Below, piece by piece: positions 1 to 14,601 of a DNA stretch of 64,000 nt (position 1 is the first letter of the stretch; each line of letters opens with the position of its first letter). The DNA lies in assembly GCF_009914755.1 (NCBI RefSeq), contig NC_060940.1; one strand, written 5' to 3'. The DNA is from the human T2T-CHM13v2.0 reference genome, Homo sapiens. Both the position numbers and the translations under genes were made by a program. Under the pieces are notes generated by a model that was not told the DNA's origin, ran no database searches, and saw only the letters and a program-made list of their open reading frames with translations.

Positions 1-879
1 GACAAGGTGGTCCCTGCCACTCCCAGGCTCATGTTTTACCAGCTTGGGAGCAGCCATGGAGGGGAGGTTTTACCAGTAGTCCTGGCCAAATAAGTCCCAG
101 GAGGATGCTGATGGTGCAGCTGGGCCATGTGTCTGTCCCCGAACCAGTCACTGAGCCAGGGCACTTGGGTCATTCCCTGGCCCCTGTTGTCGCCTTCAGC
201 TTGTGGTTGAAGGTGGTGGGGGTGAATCAGCTCTATCTAAAGCGCATGGAATGGGTGCATCCCATGAAAAGATGATTGTTGTTGTAGTTTTTCAGAAGAA
301 AGGGAAAGAACGGACTGGTTGAGCTTGTTGAGCTTGTGTCTCTGTGCCAGTCCAGAGTTCACTGGTCATCTTGTAGGGGGAAGGAGGAGTCACCTTTGAG
401 TCAGTCAGGTTGCTATCCTTGCCTGGTAGGTTTTGACCAGGAGTAGATGGAGTCACATGGCAGCAGAAGTTGCAGAACGGAAGGATTTCTTACTTGTTTC
501 TGTTATCTATTGCTATACAACAAACTATCCCAGTGTTTAGTGGCTTAAGACAACAATCATTTTATTTATTGCACATATTTCTACAATCTGGGCATGGGTG
601 GGGACTGGGAGAGCTTGTCTGTGTTCCACATGTTGTCAGCTGGGGCAGCTCACTGGGGCCAGAGGATCCACTTCTAAGATGGTCCAGTGCTCTGTGGCTG
701 TTGGCTGGGGGCTCAGCTGGGCTGTTGGCTGAGGGCATTGATTCTTCTTCCATGGCCTCTCCATAGGGCTAACTTGGGCTTCTTACAGCATGGTGGTCTC
801 CAGGTAGTCTGACTTCTTACACAGAGGCTGGCTTCCCCCAGAGCACAAAATGGAAGGTACCAGGCCTTCTTAAGTATTA

Positions 880-1224
<345 letters not shown>

Positions 1225-1234
1225 TCATTTATGC

Positions 1235-1536
1235 CAGCGTGCCAGTGCTCCTAACCTTTTTGGTACCAGTGACCAGTTTCATAGAAGACAGTTTTTCCAC
1301 AGATGGTGGGGGCAGTGGGGGGATTGCTTTAGGATAAAACTGTTCTACTTCAGATCATCAGGCATTAGATTCCAATAAGGACCACACAACCTGGATCCCT
1401 CGCATGCGTAGTTCACCGTAGGGTTTGCGCCCCTATGAGAATCTGATGCCGCTGCTGATCTGACAGTTGGTGGAGCTCAGATAATAGTGCTTACTTGCTG
1501 GTACCAGTCCATGGCCTGGGGGTTGGGGAATCCCTG
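1235..1536 (+). mobile_element. MER1B-like hAT-Charlie DNA transposon
   Basis: CAGATCATCAGGCATTAGATTC, GGATCCCTCGCATGCG..GTTCAC; terminal GGGGTTGGGGAATCCCTG; 8-bp TSD-like ATTTATGC/ATTTATAC. Confidence 0.8.
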
Positions 1537-2257
1537 ATTTATACTACATTTTATTGGTTAAAACAGGTCACAGAGACAACCTGGATTGAAGGGCAGCTGG
1601 CTATATAAGGCATAAATACTGGAGGCTGTGGCCCATTAGTAACAGTCCATTACTCTGGACTGTTACCAGAGTCATAGTTTACCACTCTCTTCTCACAGGC
1701 CCTGTGATATCCAGAACCCCTGTTACCATCCCCAACGCTGGGGTTGGCCTCTTATTATTATTTTTAATTTGAATCAGTTAGTGCCTTCATTTCCTCTTCC
1801 CCCTTTAATTGAGCCACAGAGCATTTGTAGCTTTTGGGACTCAAGGGAAAAGGTCATCAAAGTCAAGGTCAACCGGACAGTTGACCTTTAGGCTGCCTAG
1901 AGTGATCTCTAGTGAGCATCAATTTGGTCTCTTGTTTTTTTTTTGGTAGAATAGTCTGTGCTTATTTCCTGAAATCTCAGTTGCATTACAAAAATTAATT
2001 GTCCTAGTTTAAAATGTGTCTGTCTGAGAAACAGGGTGAGCGGAAACCCCAAACTCTTCAGACTCCAGGGGTTTGTGGGGTGGCAGCAAATGCCCGGGTA
2101 GGGTCTTAGCCCTTTGTCCATTTCCAGAAGGAGGGGACACTGAGTCCAGACGCAGAGATAGCTTTGCGGGATCCTGTTGGGGAAGGAAGGAGCCAGGCTG
2201 TGCCTGGGCTGCAGTTGTGTGGCTGCATCCTCAGGTGGAGGGAACTCCAGCTTCTAA

Positions 2258-2584
<327 letters not shown>

Positions 2585-2774
2585 TAGGTGAGTGACTTAA
2601 CCTCTCTGAGCTGCAGTTTGCTCAGCTGTGAAATGGGGAGAATAATAATGCCTATTTCATGGGGGTATTGTGAGGAGTATGTTAAGTGTCTCTCTGGCTC
2701 ATGCTGAGAGCTGAATAAGTGATGATTAGATAGTTTTAACACTGAAGGCCAGGCTCTGTTGGATGAAAAATGTA

Positions 2775-3063
2775 CGCTGGGCTCATCCCTGTAATCCCAG
2801 CACTTTGGGAGCCTGAGGCGGGCAGATCACTTGAGGTCAGGAGTTTGAGACCAGCATGGCCAACATGGTGAAACCCTGTCTCTACTAAAAATACAAAAAC
2901 TAGCTGGGTGTGGTGGTGCGCACCTGTAGTCACAGCTATTTGAAAGGCTGAGGCACAAGAATTGCTTGAACCAGTGAGCCAAGATTGCATCACTCCCCTA
3001 CAGTCTGGGTGACAGAGCAAGACTCTGTCTCAAAAAAAAAAAAAAAAGAGAAGAAAAAGAAAA
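2775..3063 (+). mobile_element. Alu with internal deletion in right arm
   Basis: Alu consensus motifs and A tail. Confidence 0.9.
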
Positions 3064-4527
3064 ATGTAACCTGTTTTCTTCCAGCAGATGTGGCTCAGCA
3101 AATCTGATTGATCTGAAGGAACTGTCCTGAGATCTTCTGTTGCACACACACATGCACTTTCCTCACTTTACTCAGGGGCAGAAGCTTGTATCTACTTTCA
3201 AGTTCAGTCCTAGAATTTATTGACTTAGAAGTATATGTATATTAATTAAGAAAATAAATACGATTAAAATAGACCAAAGTGGGTGAGGCAGCTGTCAAAG
3301 TTGAGCAATATAGGGACATTTACTTTTCGGTCAAATAACTTATTAATTTCTCATTCATTCTTTTACTACATGTCTTTTGAGCCTATACTCTGTGTTAGGT
3401 TGTGTACATGCCAGTGAGCTAGGAAGATGAATGGGACCTGGTGCCGCCTTTAAGAAGCTCTCAGTCGACTTGGGGAGACAGATGTGTGTACTGGGATAAG
3501 ACCTAGTGCAAGCATGATACAGTGTGCTGTGAATGTTTAATTCCAGGGAAGCTTGGCAGAGAAGGTGACTTTTACATTGGGTTTTGAGGCTTCAGTAGGA
3601 GTTTGGAGGAAAGAGAGGGAGGGTGCTCCAGGGAAAGGCTGTGGTGTGTGCCAGGGCTTGGAGGAGGGAAATAGCATGTCGGATGTAGGAAATGAGGAGC
3701 GAATGTCTGATTGATGATATGGAGGGGGAGTTGGTAGAGATGGGGTAGGAGGGCAAGGCCCGTGGCGGTGAAGCTTCACACCTCTGTCTCCTTAGCCCCA
3801 CCTGCAGGCTGAGCCCTGACCCCCTGTTCTTAATTTGGTAAGGAGACCAGAAGAACCCGGGTCTTGGAAGCCAGGATGTGAACTTTGATATATATCCCAC
3901 TCTTGGTCCCTCTTCCGGAACCCTAAATTCAAGGTCAGCACAGTGATGGTCAAGATTTTGATTCACATTCCATCTTCTCACTTACTGGCTCTGAGACAAA
4001 CTCAGCCCTTCAGAGCCTCAGTTTCCTCCGCATCTGTGTGGGAAGATGAGAGCAGCAGTCTCTGCCATGGGTGTACGGACTGATAAAGTACCTGGTGCTT
4101 AAGGAGAGGCTTCATAGTTCCATGAGGTGTTTGCACTGTTAGCTTCATTTTACAGGTGAGATGAGGCACAGAGTAGGGTTAAGTAACCTCCTGAATGTTA
4201 CACAGCCCTGAAGTGGTGCAGTGGGACTTGAGCTATGATCTTCCTTTTGCCAGATGCCAAGCTCTTAACCACTCCTCAATGCCGCTTATTAGCAAGGGTA
4301 ATAGCAACCATGGGTATTAGCAAGCCATACTCTCCTGGGTATTAGCAAGCTCTACTTGCTGTCCCTCTGTGCCATCTTGATTAGAAGCAGGGGAGATACT
4401 GACAGCTGCTTAGGGTTGTGGTGCAGATTATTCCAGATTCTGCATTTTATTAGTTAGCATAGGGTTAAAAGCTAACACTCTTTAATAAAACAAAAAGCTA
4501 AATCCCTAAGCCAGTGGTACTCATCCA

Positions 4528-4972
4528 TGGGAAGCTGAATACTGTCCTCCCACGATGCCCATGTCCTAATCCCGGGAACTTGTGAATATATTATCCTCTA
4601 TGGAAAAGGAGACTTGGCGGGTGTGGTTAAATTGAGGATCTTGAGATGGGAAATATCCTGGACTATCTGGGTGTCTAGTGGAATCACAAGGGTTCTTAGA
4701 TACCTGGGAAGGTCATTCCCAGAGAAAGAGATTTGAGGATGGAAACAAAGGTCAGCAGATGAGAGGCCATGAGCTAAGGAATGTAGGCAGCCTCCAGAAG
4801 CTGGGAAAGGTGAGGAAACAGATTCTTCCCCAGAGCTTTCAGAAGGAATCCAGAGATCTCATGCAACCAAACTATTTTAGACTTTTGGCCTCTCTAACAG
4901 TCTGAAAATAAATCTGTATTACTTTAAGTCACTGTTTGTGGTCATTTGTTATAGCAGCAGAGGAGACTGATC
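4528..4972 (+). mobile_element. MLT1 (MLT1D-like) LTR
   Basis: CATGTCCTAATCCC.GGAAC.TGTGAATAT...AATAAATCTGT..TTTAAG..ACT...TTTGTTATAGCAGCA. Confidence 0.75.
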
Positions 4973-5244
4973 ACTGAACCTTTGATATACTTTGGCACCA
5001 GGCAGGTGTTTCCACCTGTTGATGTCTCCGTCATCCCTCTCTTCTGGTTTAATTACTTTAGGGTGGGACCTAAGTATTGGGGTTTTGAAAAGCCTTCAAG
5101 TGATTCTCCTGAGCAGCTGGGGTTGAGAAACTCTGCTCTGGAGTTGGACACCTGGGTTTGAATTCCTCAGCTTTTTCATCCCTGGAGTCAGTGTGCTGCC
5201 AGGGTAAGATAATGGATTCTTGTTTAAAATCCTGTATCTTCCAC

Positions 5245-5610
5245 TGTCTCAGTGTGCTCTGGCTACTGTAACGAAATGCTGTAGACTGGGGGTTTAAACA
5301 TCAGGCATTTATTTTCTCACAATTCTGGGGGCTGGGAATGCCAAGATGGTTGAGTTCTGGTGAGGGCTCTCTTCCTGACTTGCAGACAGCTGCCTTCTTG
5401 CCATGTGCTCACATGGCTTTTCCTCAGGGTGTGCATGGATAGAGAGGGAGCTCTAGTCTCTCTTTCTCTTCTCTAAAAAGGCATTAATCCCCTCATGGAG
5501 GCCCCACTCTCATTACTTTATCTAAACCTGAATACCTCACAAAGGCCCTACCTCAGGGGTTAGAGATTCAACATATGAATTCGGAAGGAATGCAAATATT
5601 CAGTCTGTAA
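5245..5610 (-). mobile_element. MLT1A-like LTR
   Basis: TAGACTGGG..TTTAAACA..CATTTATTTTCTCACAATTCTGG..GCTGGGAA; TTCAACATATGAATT. Confidence 0.7.
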
Positions 5611-6085
5611 TGGCTGCTATGAGCTGTGTGGCCTTGGACACATGACTGAACCTGTCTTAGGTTCAGTGGTTTCTCCATGTGTTAAATGGGAATGTAATAG
5701 TACTTCCCTTGTGGGATCAATATAGGAAAAACACTTAGAACAATGTCTAGTATATATATGTAGTTAGTGCTCAAATGATGTTAACAATGTCATAGTGATA
5801 GTTCCCACCACTCCCTCCATTCTTAGCTGATTCCATTTGGCACAGGAAATAACCCACTTGTCATCCCTGTGGTACAAAGCTCATCATGAATGTGTGGCCC
5901 CATCTCAGACAAAAAGCAGGTCCTAGGGCCATGACGGTGTGAAGGGGATGCTTTCTTTGCCTTCTGCAAAACTAGAAACCAGCATAGGCTTCTCCCATCT
6001 TCGTGATCTGTATGGGGCAGGGCTTTGTAAGCAGACGTCTTCCCAGGAATTAACACAGCATTTCTGTTCCCTTTCTCCACTCCAG

Positions 6086-6179
6086 CTGACTCTAAAGAGG
6101 ATGCAGTTAACTGGCTCTCTGGCTTGAAAATCTTACACCAGGAAGCGATGAATGCGTCCACGCCCACCATTATCGAGAG
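6086..6179 (+). CDS. PLCG2: PLCG2 exon 4 (94 nt), end of PH domain
   Basis: ctccag|CTGACTCT...ATCGAGAG|gtagtt; [30 protein letters not shown]. Confidence 0.96.
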
Positions 6180-6933
6180 GTAGTTGGCTTTTGCCTGTTG
6201 ATTTGCGTAGTTGCTCATTCCTTTATTCTGCTGCCTTTAGCCAACATGGGCTACAGGGGGGAAAAAAAAAGGGACATTGGTTTTTTGAGGCTCGTTGAGT
6301 GTCTTGTATGCAATGGGTGCCTAGTAGCGGTGTGGGCTCTACAGTTTTTCAAATAAGAGCATTTCCCTGTGCTAGTTTTCAGCGTTGGCCTATTGGAGTG
6401 AGTGGTGCATTGGACTCGAGATAGAAACATTCCTGGGGTATGTGCTGGGGGAAAACAGGGCTTCCTTCTTAAAGGATTTAATAAGAGATTCAGTGGACTG
6501 ATCAAAGGACAGATACAGGGTCTGGAATTTTCCACCTATCACTCCCTCCTGGGTTGATGAAGACCTCAAGACTGTCTCTTCAGTGTCATGGGAGTCTAGA
6601 TGGGCATTGGGGTGTGAGTTATTTTCCTTCCACTAAATCAAAGTCCTCTACTTTTTACTATTTTTCTTTCTAGCTTTTTGGGGATTAATGACTATCATCA
6701 GAAGGAATTGACAATGTAAAGAAACCTGGCCTTTTTGAGTTGAAATCTTGGCTTAGATAGGCCTTTTCCACACTAGGAGGAAACTGCTTCCCAAGCTGCC
6801 CTTGTTAGAAAGTTGGAAGACTCCTCCTTTTGGTTCCAGTTCCTTTTGTGCACATTCCGTAGGACTCACTTAGACTTGTGCTATTTTCTAATTTTCTCTT
6901 TCTCTCTTTCTTTTGTCTCATATTTCTTTCCAG

Positions 6934-6981
6934 TTGGCTGAGAAAGCAGATATATTCTGTGGATCAAACCAGAAGAAACAG
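6934..6981 (+). CDS. PLCG2: PLCG2 exon 5 (48 nt)
   Basis: long pyrimidine tract, ttccag|TTGGCTG...AAACAG|gtaaga; WLRKQIYSVDQTRRN. Confidence 0.96.
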
Positions 6982-7338
6982 GTAAGAGTCATTCAGTTTT
7001 TTTCTGATCACTTTGGATTTCGATCCTCATTCTATCTTTAAACCTTCCAAGGGGGTGGGAGCATGACTTGTCGGGAGCAAGGTCCTCACTGCGTCCATTG
7101 TGATCTGCGGATGCCATGTTGGGTCCTGGGGTTGAGGATGACAAAATCCTCCTCCTGGAGGGAGCCTCTATTCCGCAGAAAATTCAAGTACAGCCTCAGA
7201 GATGATCTCTGCCATGGGGCATTTGGACCTCATCACAAATATTTGAGCACCTTTAAAGTCCTGGTAATACAGCAGTAACCACACTCCTGATGGCACCAGC
7301 CCATGCTTTGTGACAGGAGAGAGATTGATTGACCGTGA

Positions 7339-7653
<315 letters not shown>

Positions 7654-7789
7654 ACCAGGTGGTTCTAAGGGCTGGTAGAGATGTGTTGGGTGATGTGATA
7701 ACGTATATTCAGTTTACTTGACTTTTTCACTTAAAAGTACCTCTTGGAGAAGCTCCCTATCAGTCCTGCACAAAGCTCTATGACGGACT

Positions 7790-7961
7790 ATTATTATTAT
7801 TTTTTAGAGGCAGGGTCTCTGTCTGTTGCCCAGACTGGAGGGCAGTGGCACAGTCATAGCTCGCTGCAGCCGTAAAGTCCTGGGCTCAAACGATCCTCCC
7901 GCCTCAGCCTCCTGAGTAGCTGGGAACTACAGCTGTGTTTCACCATGCCTGGCTTATTTAC

Positions 7962-7992
<31 letters not shown>

Positions 7993-8030
7993 TTTTTTTT
8001 TTTGTAAAGGTGAAGTCTTACCCAGACATT
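7790..8030 (-). mobile_element. Partial AluJ with (ATT)n microsatellite in its linker
   Basis: Right-arm Alu motifs; ATT repeats ~7963-7990. Confidence 0.85.
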
Positions 8031-8498
8031 TTTTTTTAAAAAAAGCAAACGCAGTTTTGGTTTTTCTTTAGATTAATGCATTGTCATTTCGGAAATCATT
8101 TCCGTGTTGATGCACAGAGCGCTGCTCCCAATCCTTTATCATTACTGTGATTAATGCTGCTGTGGAAGCCTTTGGGTCTATCTTTCTGTAAACTCATTTG
8201 AGGGAGCTGTGAGTGGGGTAAATTCTCAGAAACGAATACCAGCAGCACAGCGTTTGCTGGTCTAATAGTTTGATAGCGAGAGGTAGCAATTTGTATAATA
8301 TTTCTACCAGTGGGGCAAGAGGGCACCCTTTCCTGATGATTTATTGTGCCATTAGACTTTGATCTTTGTTCATCTGCAACCGAGGCAACCAAGTGTTTTT
8401 GCTTAAACTTGCTTTCTTTATGGGTGAGGTTGAGCATTTTTAATTCATTATGTTTTTGAGGTATGATTCAGCTCTTGATAATGTAATGATAAAAACTA

Positions 8499-8897
<399 letters not shown>

Positions 8898-10345
8898 TTA
8901 TTGAACAACCGTGTATTTGGCATGCCAGGGATTGCATTGAGCTCTTCAGTCCTTGTCTCATGTTAGCCTCACGTGAGACACCTTATTTTTTTGGTAAAAT
9001 ATTCCTTTCATTCATTCTTGATTTATTTATGTCATTATCCTATGTGGATATGTCATTATCCCATCTAGATGTGTCATTATCCTAATTAATATCCAATAAC
9101 TAAACTCTGTCAGCTCTCTTACTTTGTTCCTGAAAATCTTTCCATCTTGAAGGTGACTTCGTGTCTGGTCAGTGTCCTCTGTTACTTGTTAGCTTCAGGG
9201 TTTGGGTGAGCTTCCCTGGTTTCTTCACATGCCCGATGGGAGGATTTGGAACTATTAACTAGGAAGTGGTTAAAAGTCTAGTAATGTTAGGTCAGCCATT
9301 AGCTCACTCCATGTTTTTCTGTCCACCTGCCTTTCTCTCCGTCCTCTTCTTCTCATCCAAAATGCCCTGCCTGCTCCGCCACGCTGGGCCACCCTCTCGT
9401 GTTACTGAGGTGGATCAAATGAGGTCCTTGTGTTGGAAGATTTGGTACACACTGGTCTCTTTCAGCCTCGGAGGTGATGCCTCTTCTGACTTTTCTTTCT
9501 CTGTGGCTTATGATGATTCATAGCTGAGATTGGCACAGGGCTGAGAGAGGGAGCCACCCTCAGTGCCTCTCTCCACGCGGTGCTGGTATGGTATGGCCAA
9601 TCTGGCTCTGAAGTCGGCTCTTCGTTTGTGAGGTCAAGAAATGGATACCACCCTCTTGCTCAGGAGGCATTCTGGCAAGTCCTGCATAGAGATCCATCTT
9701 CCCATCGGCTGGTCCAGGACCCTCTGCAGAGAGAAACTTTTCTGTTTCTGGACTGAGTTCATCCCTGTGTGCTCACCGGCTTCCTCTCCTCTACCTCCCT
9801 CCCAGTGGGCAGAGCCCTGCTCTCTGTCAACATGTGGAAAATCCCACCTTTCCTGTGGTTCTGGGAAGCCTGGAGGGAGCTTTGCAAAAGAAACTTTGAC
9901 CAAGATGCCAATGAAAGAGCAACTGACTTCTGTCCTGCCAATTTCCCTCCCTTTCCTGTCACCCACGAGACGAATCGTGTTTCCTGAAGGAAAACAAAGG
10001 AGCCACAGAGGCAGAGGAAAGACTGAAGGCGAGAGGGGGCAGGCTCAGGGCTGGCCCAGCCCGGGCAATGGACAAGTCTTAGGTGTTTTGCTTGGCCCAA
10101 GCACGCTGTTTCATTTTTTGACTTTTCTAGAGGCAAATGGTAGCAGCGGGCATTTGTTTACAGCCTTCTTTGCAGCCGTGGCTGTAATAAGCACTTTACA
10201 TCCTTAGGATATGCTCTTGGCTGACGGTTGAGCTAGGTGCTCTCAGACACGTTTTCTATGTGAGGACACTGAGGCCCAGAGAGGTTAAGTGACTTGACTA
10301 AAGCAGCCCAGGTTGTCAGGGGTGGCACCAGGGTTTGCAGACTTA

Positions 10346-10735
<390 letters not shown>

Positions 10736-10834
10736 CAATTGTGCTGTTGAGAGCTGGGGGAAATGCAGAAATCTTCCCTTCCCCACCCTGACCAATCACC
10801 TTATGATTAAAAAAAATTAAAAACAAATGTTAAA

Positions 10835-11545
10835 ATTTGTTTTATTGTGGTAACAACAATGAAACATAGAACAACATTGATCATTTTAACCGTTCTTAGA
10901 TATGTACTTCTGTGGGATGAAGTATATCATGTTGTCATGCTCCCGTCACCACCATCCATCTCCAGAACTTTTTATCATCTCAAACTGAGGCTCTGCAGCC
11001 ATTAAGCAGTAACTCCCCATTGATTCTCTCTTTAGCCCCTGGAAATCACCACTCTACTGTCTGTCTCTCTGGATTGGATTGCTCCAGGTACCTCATATAA
11101 GTGGACTAGCAGAATATTCGTCCTTTTGTATCTGGCTTATTTCACTTAGTGTAATGTCTCCAAGTTTCATCTGTGTTGTAGCATGTGTTAGAATCTTCTT
11201 CCTTTTTAAGGCTGAATAATATTCCATTGTACAGATAGACCACATTTTGCTTATCTACTTCTCCATCGATGGACACTTGAGTTGCTTCCACGTTTTGGCA
11301 ATTGTGAATAGTGCTGCTGCGAACATGGGTGTACAAATCTGTTTGAGTCTCTGCTTTAAATTCCTCTGTGTATATATCCAGAAGCTGAATTGCTGGATCA
11401 GTTGCTGGATTGCTGTGTATATATCCAGAAGCTGAATTGCTGGATTTATTTTGCCGGATTGCTATACTGTTTTCTGTAGCAGCTACACCTTCCCAAGGCA
11501 GTGCACAGGTTTCTGTTTTCTTCATATCCTCACCAACACTTACTT
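10835..11545 (-). mobile_element. L1M (L1MB-like) 3' fragment
   Basis: CTGGCTTATTTCACTTAG, GGCTGAATAATATTCCATTGT, GATGGACACTTGAGTTGCTTCCA. Confidence 0.85.
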
Positions 11546-11904
11546 CCTTTCCCTCCTCTGCCCTTGCCCCCTTGGCGTATAACATTGGATTTGCATAAGT
11601 AGAATGTGCACTTCCCTTTGTCCTTTAGCCCTGGCAGGGACAGAGGAACTACTCTACCAGGAGGTGGCAAAGGGTGAGGGGGTTGCAGGTGGAAGGCAGG
11701 TGGGTGAGTCCATTTATCTCATTCAGCGTGAATGCAAATAGGCTTCCTATTTGAGACTCCAGAATGTTAGAGTCACCTGGGGAAGCTTTGGCAGAGCCAC
11801 GGCAGTAGTGATTCGGGTTTTACTGTTCTGGGCATGGCCTCTGGCGTTGCAAATTTTTTAAATAAGATTCTTCTGTGAAGCTGGGGTTGAAAATTAGGGC
11901 TGTC

Positions 11905-12297
11905 TAGAGGGCAATTTTCAAATCTGAGCATGCACCGGAATCCCCTGGAGGATTTGTGAAAGTGGAGGCTGCTGGGCTCCATCTCACAGTGGCTGATTGA
12001 GTAGGTGGTGGGCAGGGCTCAAGAATTTGCATTTCAACCAATCCCCAGGTGATGTAGATGCTGCTGGTCTGGGAGCTACTTAGAGAAGCAGAACTCTGGG
12101 GCTGCGCTGTCCAGCAGGGCACCCCTCACCACAGGTGGCCATTTCAACAAAACAAAACAAAATGAAATAAAATACTTAGCTCCTCAGTGGAACTAGCTGC
12201 ATTTCAGGGGCTCAGCAGCCCCGTGTGGCTAGCAGCTAGTACCTCAGACAGCACAGATGTCTCCATCATTGTTGAAAGTTCTGTCAGATGGTGCTGA
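11905..12297. mobile_element. MER5A-like plus MER3/MER33-like hAT DNA transposon fossils
   Basis: AAGAATTTGCATTTC..CCCCAGGTGATG..GATGCTGCTGGTC; CTAGCTGCATTTCA..GCTCAGCAGCC..GTGTGGCTAG. Confidence 0.65.
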
Positions 12298-13469
12298 GGT
12301 TTAAATCTCAGATCTCACACTAACTCATTGTGTGAATTGGGGTAAATGATTTAATTTCTGTGGGCCTCAGTTTCCTCATGTGTAAAAGATAAAATAATAG
12401 TTCCCGCCTCCCAGGGCAGATGTGAGGCTTCAGGAGTTAATATGTGAAGGGTGCGTGGACCTGCCTGGCTCATGGTAAACACTTGACGAATGTTTCTTAT
12501 TGCCATTGTTGCTACAAAAGAGCCGGGGGCAGTGGAGGTGCCGGCCCAGCCTCAGCATGGCTGGTAAGTGTCACGGGGCTGCCATCCTTAATCGTTTGGT
12601 GATGGCTGCCTGGATGCGGGAGTTGAAGAACCCTGGGGGCCTCCCGGGCTGAGCAGGGAGGACACTGTGATTGTTCAGTGCTGTCTGCCATGGGAGAGGG
12701 AGGGGCTGTTGGTAACTCATTCAGGGAATAGTTGCCGTCCTTCTCCAAAGGGATTCCCTTGTTTCCTAACCCACAGCCCTAGGTTGAGCTCCCAGGAAAC
12801 ATGATCTGAGACGCAGGTTTGTGTGCAGGAGGCTTACTAGGGAGTGCAGGGTCATCACCCTGGGGGAAGGAAGGCAGCTGGAACAGGCAGCTGGGGAGTC
12901 ACAACCATGGCCTGGGCACACCTGATGGGGAGCTCTGAGCATGGCCTGTGGAGCTGTCCTGAATTGAGACTAGAGGGCCAGGCCTTTGTTCCCTTGCGTG
13001 GACTGGGTCAGAGCTGGCTGCCTTGGAAGGGGCTTTGACCTGGGCGAGGCACTCTCTGTAGGGGATGGCAGGTTGCAGAGAGGGGTGAAGCTGAGCCGTT
13101 GGCTTCCTCCCCTGCAGCGATGGGGGCTCAGCCTGCCTGTGCTGGTTTTGGTCGGGCTGTGCAGCACGACACACACACATCCAGAGGTGGGAGTGAGGGA
13201 GGGGCTCGCCTAGGGAGAAAGCGGGTGAGGCTGTCCCAGAGCTAGGAGCCCAAAGAAGCTCTCAGCCTCCAGTGTTTACATTGTAAGGGGAGGCCTTTGG
13301 ACCAGGTGGGCTCCCATGTCCCAGGTGCTTGGATGCTCAAGCCCCTGGTTCCTGGGTTTTCTCCACTTGTTCTTGAGCAGCTGCTCTGGCACCCCAGGCC
13401 CCTCAGTCTCTCTGTTCCTGGACATGGGATGGTTCCTTTGCCCTGCTGCTGTCTGGGCTCCTGGGGGGC

Positions 13470-14601
13470 CCTGGCCTCTCCCTTGCTCCCAGGATGGGCT
13501 CCACTGGGGCACCAGCATGAGAGGACGCTGGCCTCTCCCTTGCTCCCAGGATGAGCTCCACTGGGGCAGCAGCGTGAGAGGACGCTGGCCTCTCCCTTGC
13601 TCCCAGGATGGGCTCCACTGGGCACCAGCATGAGAGGACGCTGGCCTCTCCCTTGCTCCCAGGGTGAGCTCCAACTGGGGCACCAGCATGAGAGGACGCT
13701 GGCCTCTCCCTTGCTCCCAGGATGAGCTCCACTGGGGCACCAGCATGAGAGGACGCTGGCCTCTCCCTTGCTCCCAGGATGGGCTCCACTGGGGCACCAG
13801 CGTGAGAGGACGCTGGCCTCTCCCTTTCTCCCAGGATGGGCTCCACTGGGGCACCAGCATGAGAGGACGCTGGCCTCTCCCTTGCTCCCAGGATGGGCTC
13901 CACTGGGCACCAGCATGAGAGGATGCTGGTCTCTCCCTTGCTCCCAGGGTGAGCTCCAACTGGGGCACCAGCATGAGAGGACGCTGGCCTCTCCCTTGCT
14001 CCCAGGATGAGCTCCACTGGGGCACCAGCATGAGAGGACGCTGGCCTCTCCCTTGCTCCCAGGATGAGCTCCACTGGGGCACCAGCATGAGAGGATGCTA
14101 GCCTCTCCCTTTCTCCCAGGATGGGCTCCACTGGGGCACCAGCATGAGAGGACGCTGGCCTCTCCCTTGCTCCCAGGTTGAGCTCCACTGGGGCACCAGC
14201 ATGAGAGGACGCTGGCCTCTCCCTTGCTCCCAGGATGAGCTCCACTGGGGCACCAGCATGAGAGGACGCTAGCCTCTCCCTTTCTCCCAGGATGGTCTCC
14301 ACTGGGGCACCAGCATGAGAGGACGCTGGCCTCTCCCTTGCTCCCAGGATGAGCTCCACTGGGGCACCAGCATGAGAGGACGTGGCCTCTCCCTTGCTCC
14401 CAAGATGAGCTCCACTGGGGCACTAGCATGAGAGGATGCTGGCCTCTCCCTTGCTCCCAGGATGAGCTCCACTGGGGCACCAGCGTGAGAGGACGCTGGC
14501 CTCTCCCTTGCTCCCAGGATGGGCTCCACTGGGCACCAGCATGAGAGGACACTGGCCTCTCCCTTGCTCCCAGGATGGGCTCCACTGGGGCACCAGCATG
14601 A
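13470..14601. repeat. GC-rich VNTR, ~20 copies of a 57-bp unit (56-58 bp variants), intron 5
   Basis: Unit GCTGGCCTCTCCCTTGCTCCCAGGATGAGCTCCACTGGGGCACCAGCATGAGAGGAC; copies start at 13471, 13528, 13585... Confidence 0.97.

Noticed and set aside
13470-14601. Possible CRISPR-like array
   Set aside because: The units are contiguous near-identical tandem copies with no unique spacers, in a eukaryotic intron with no cas genes.
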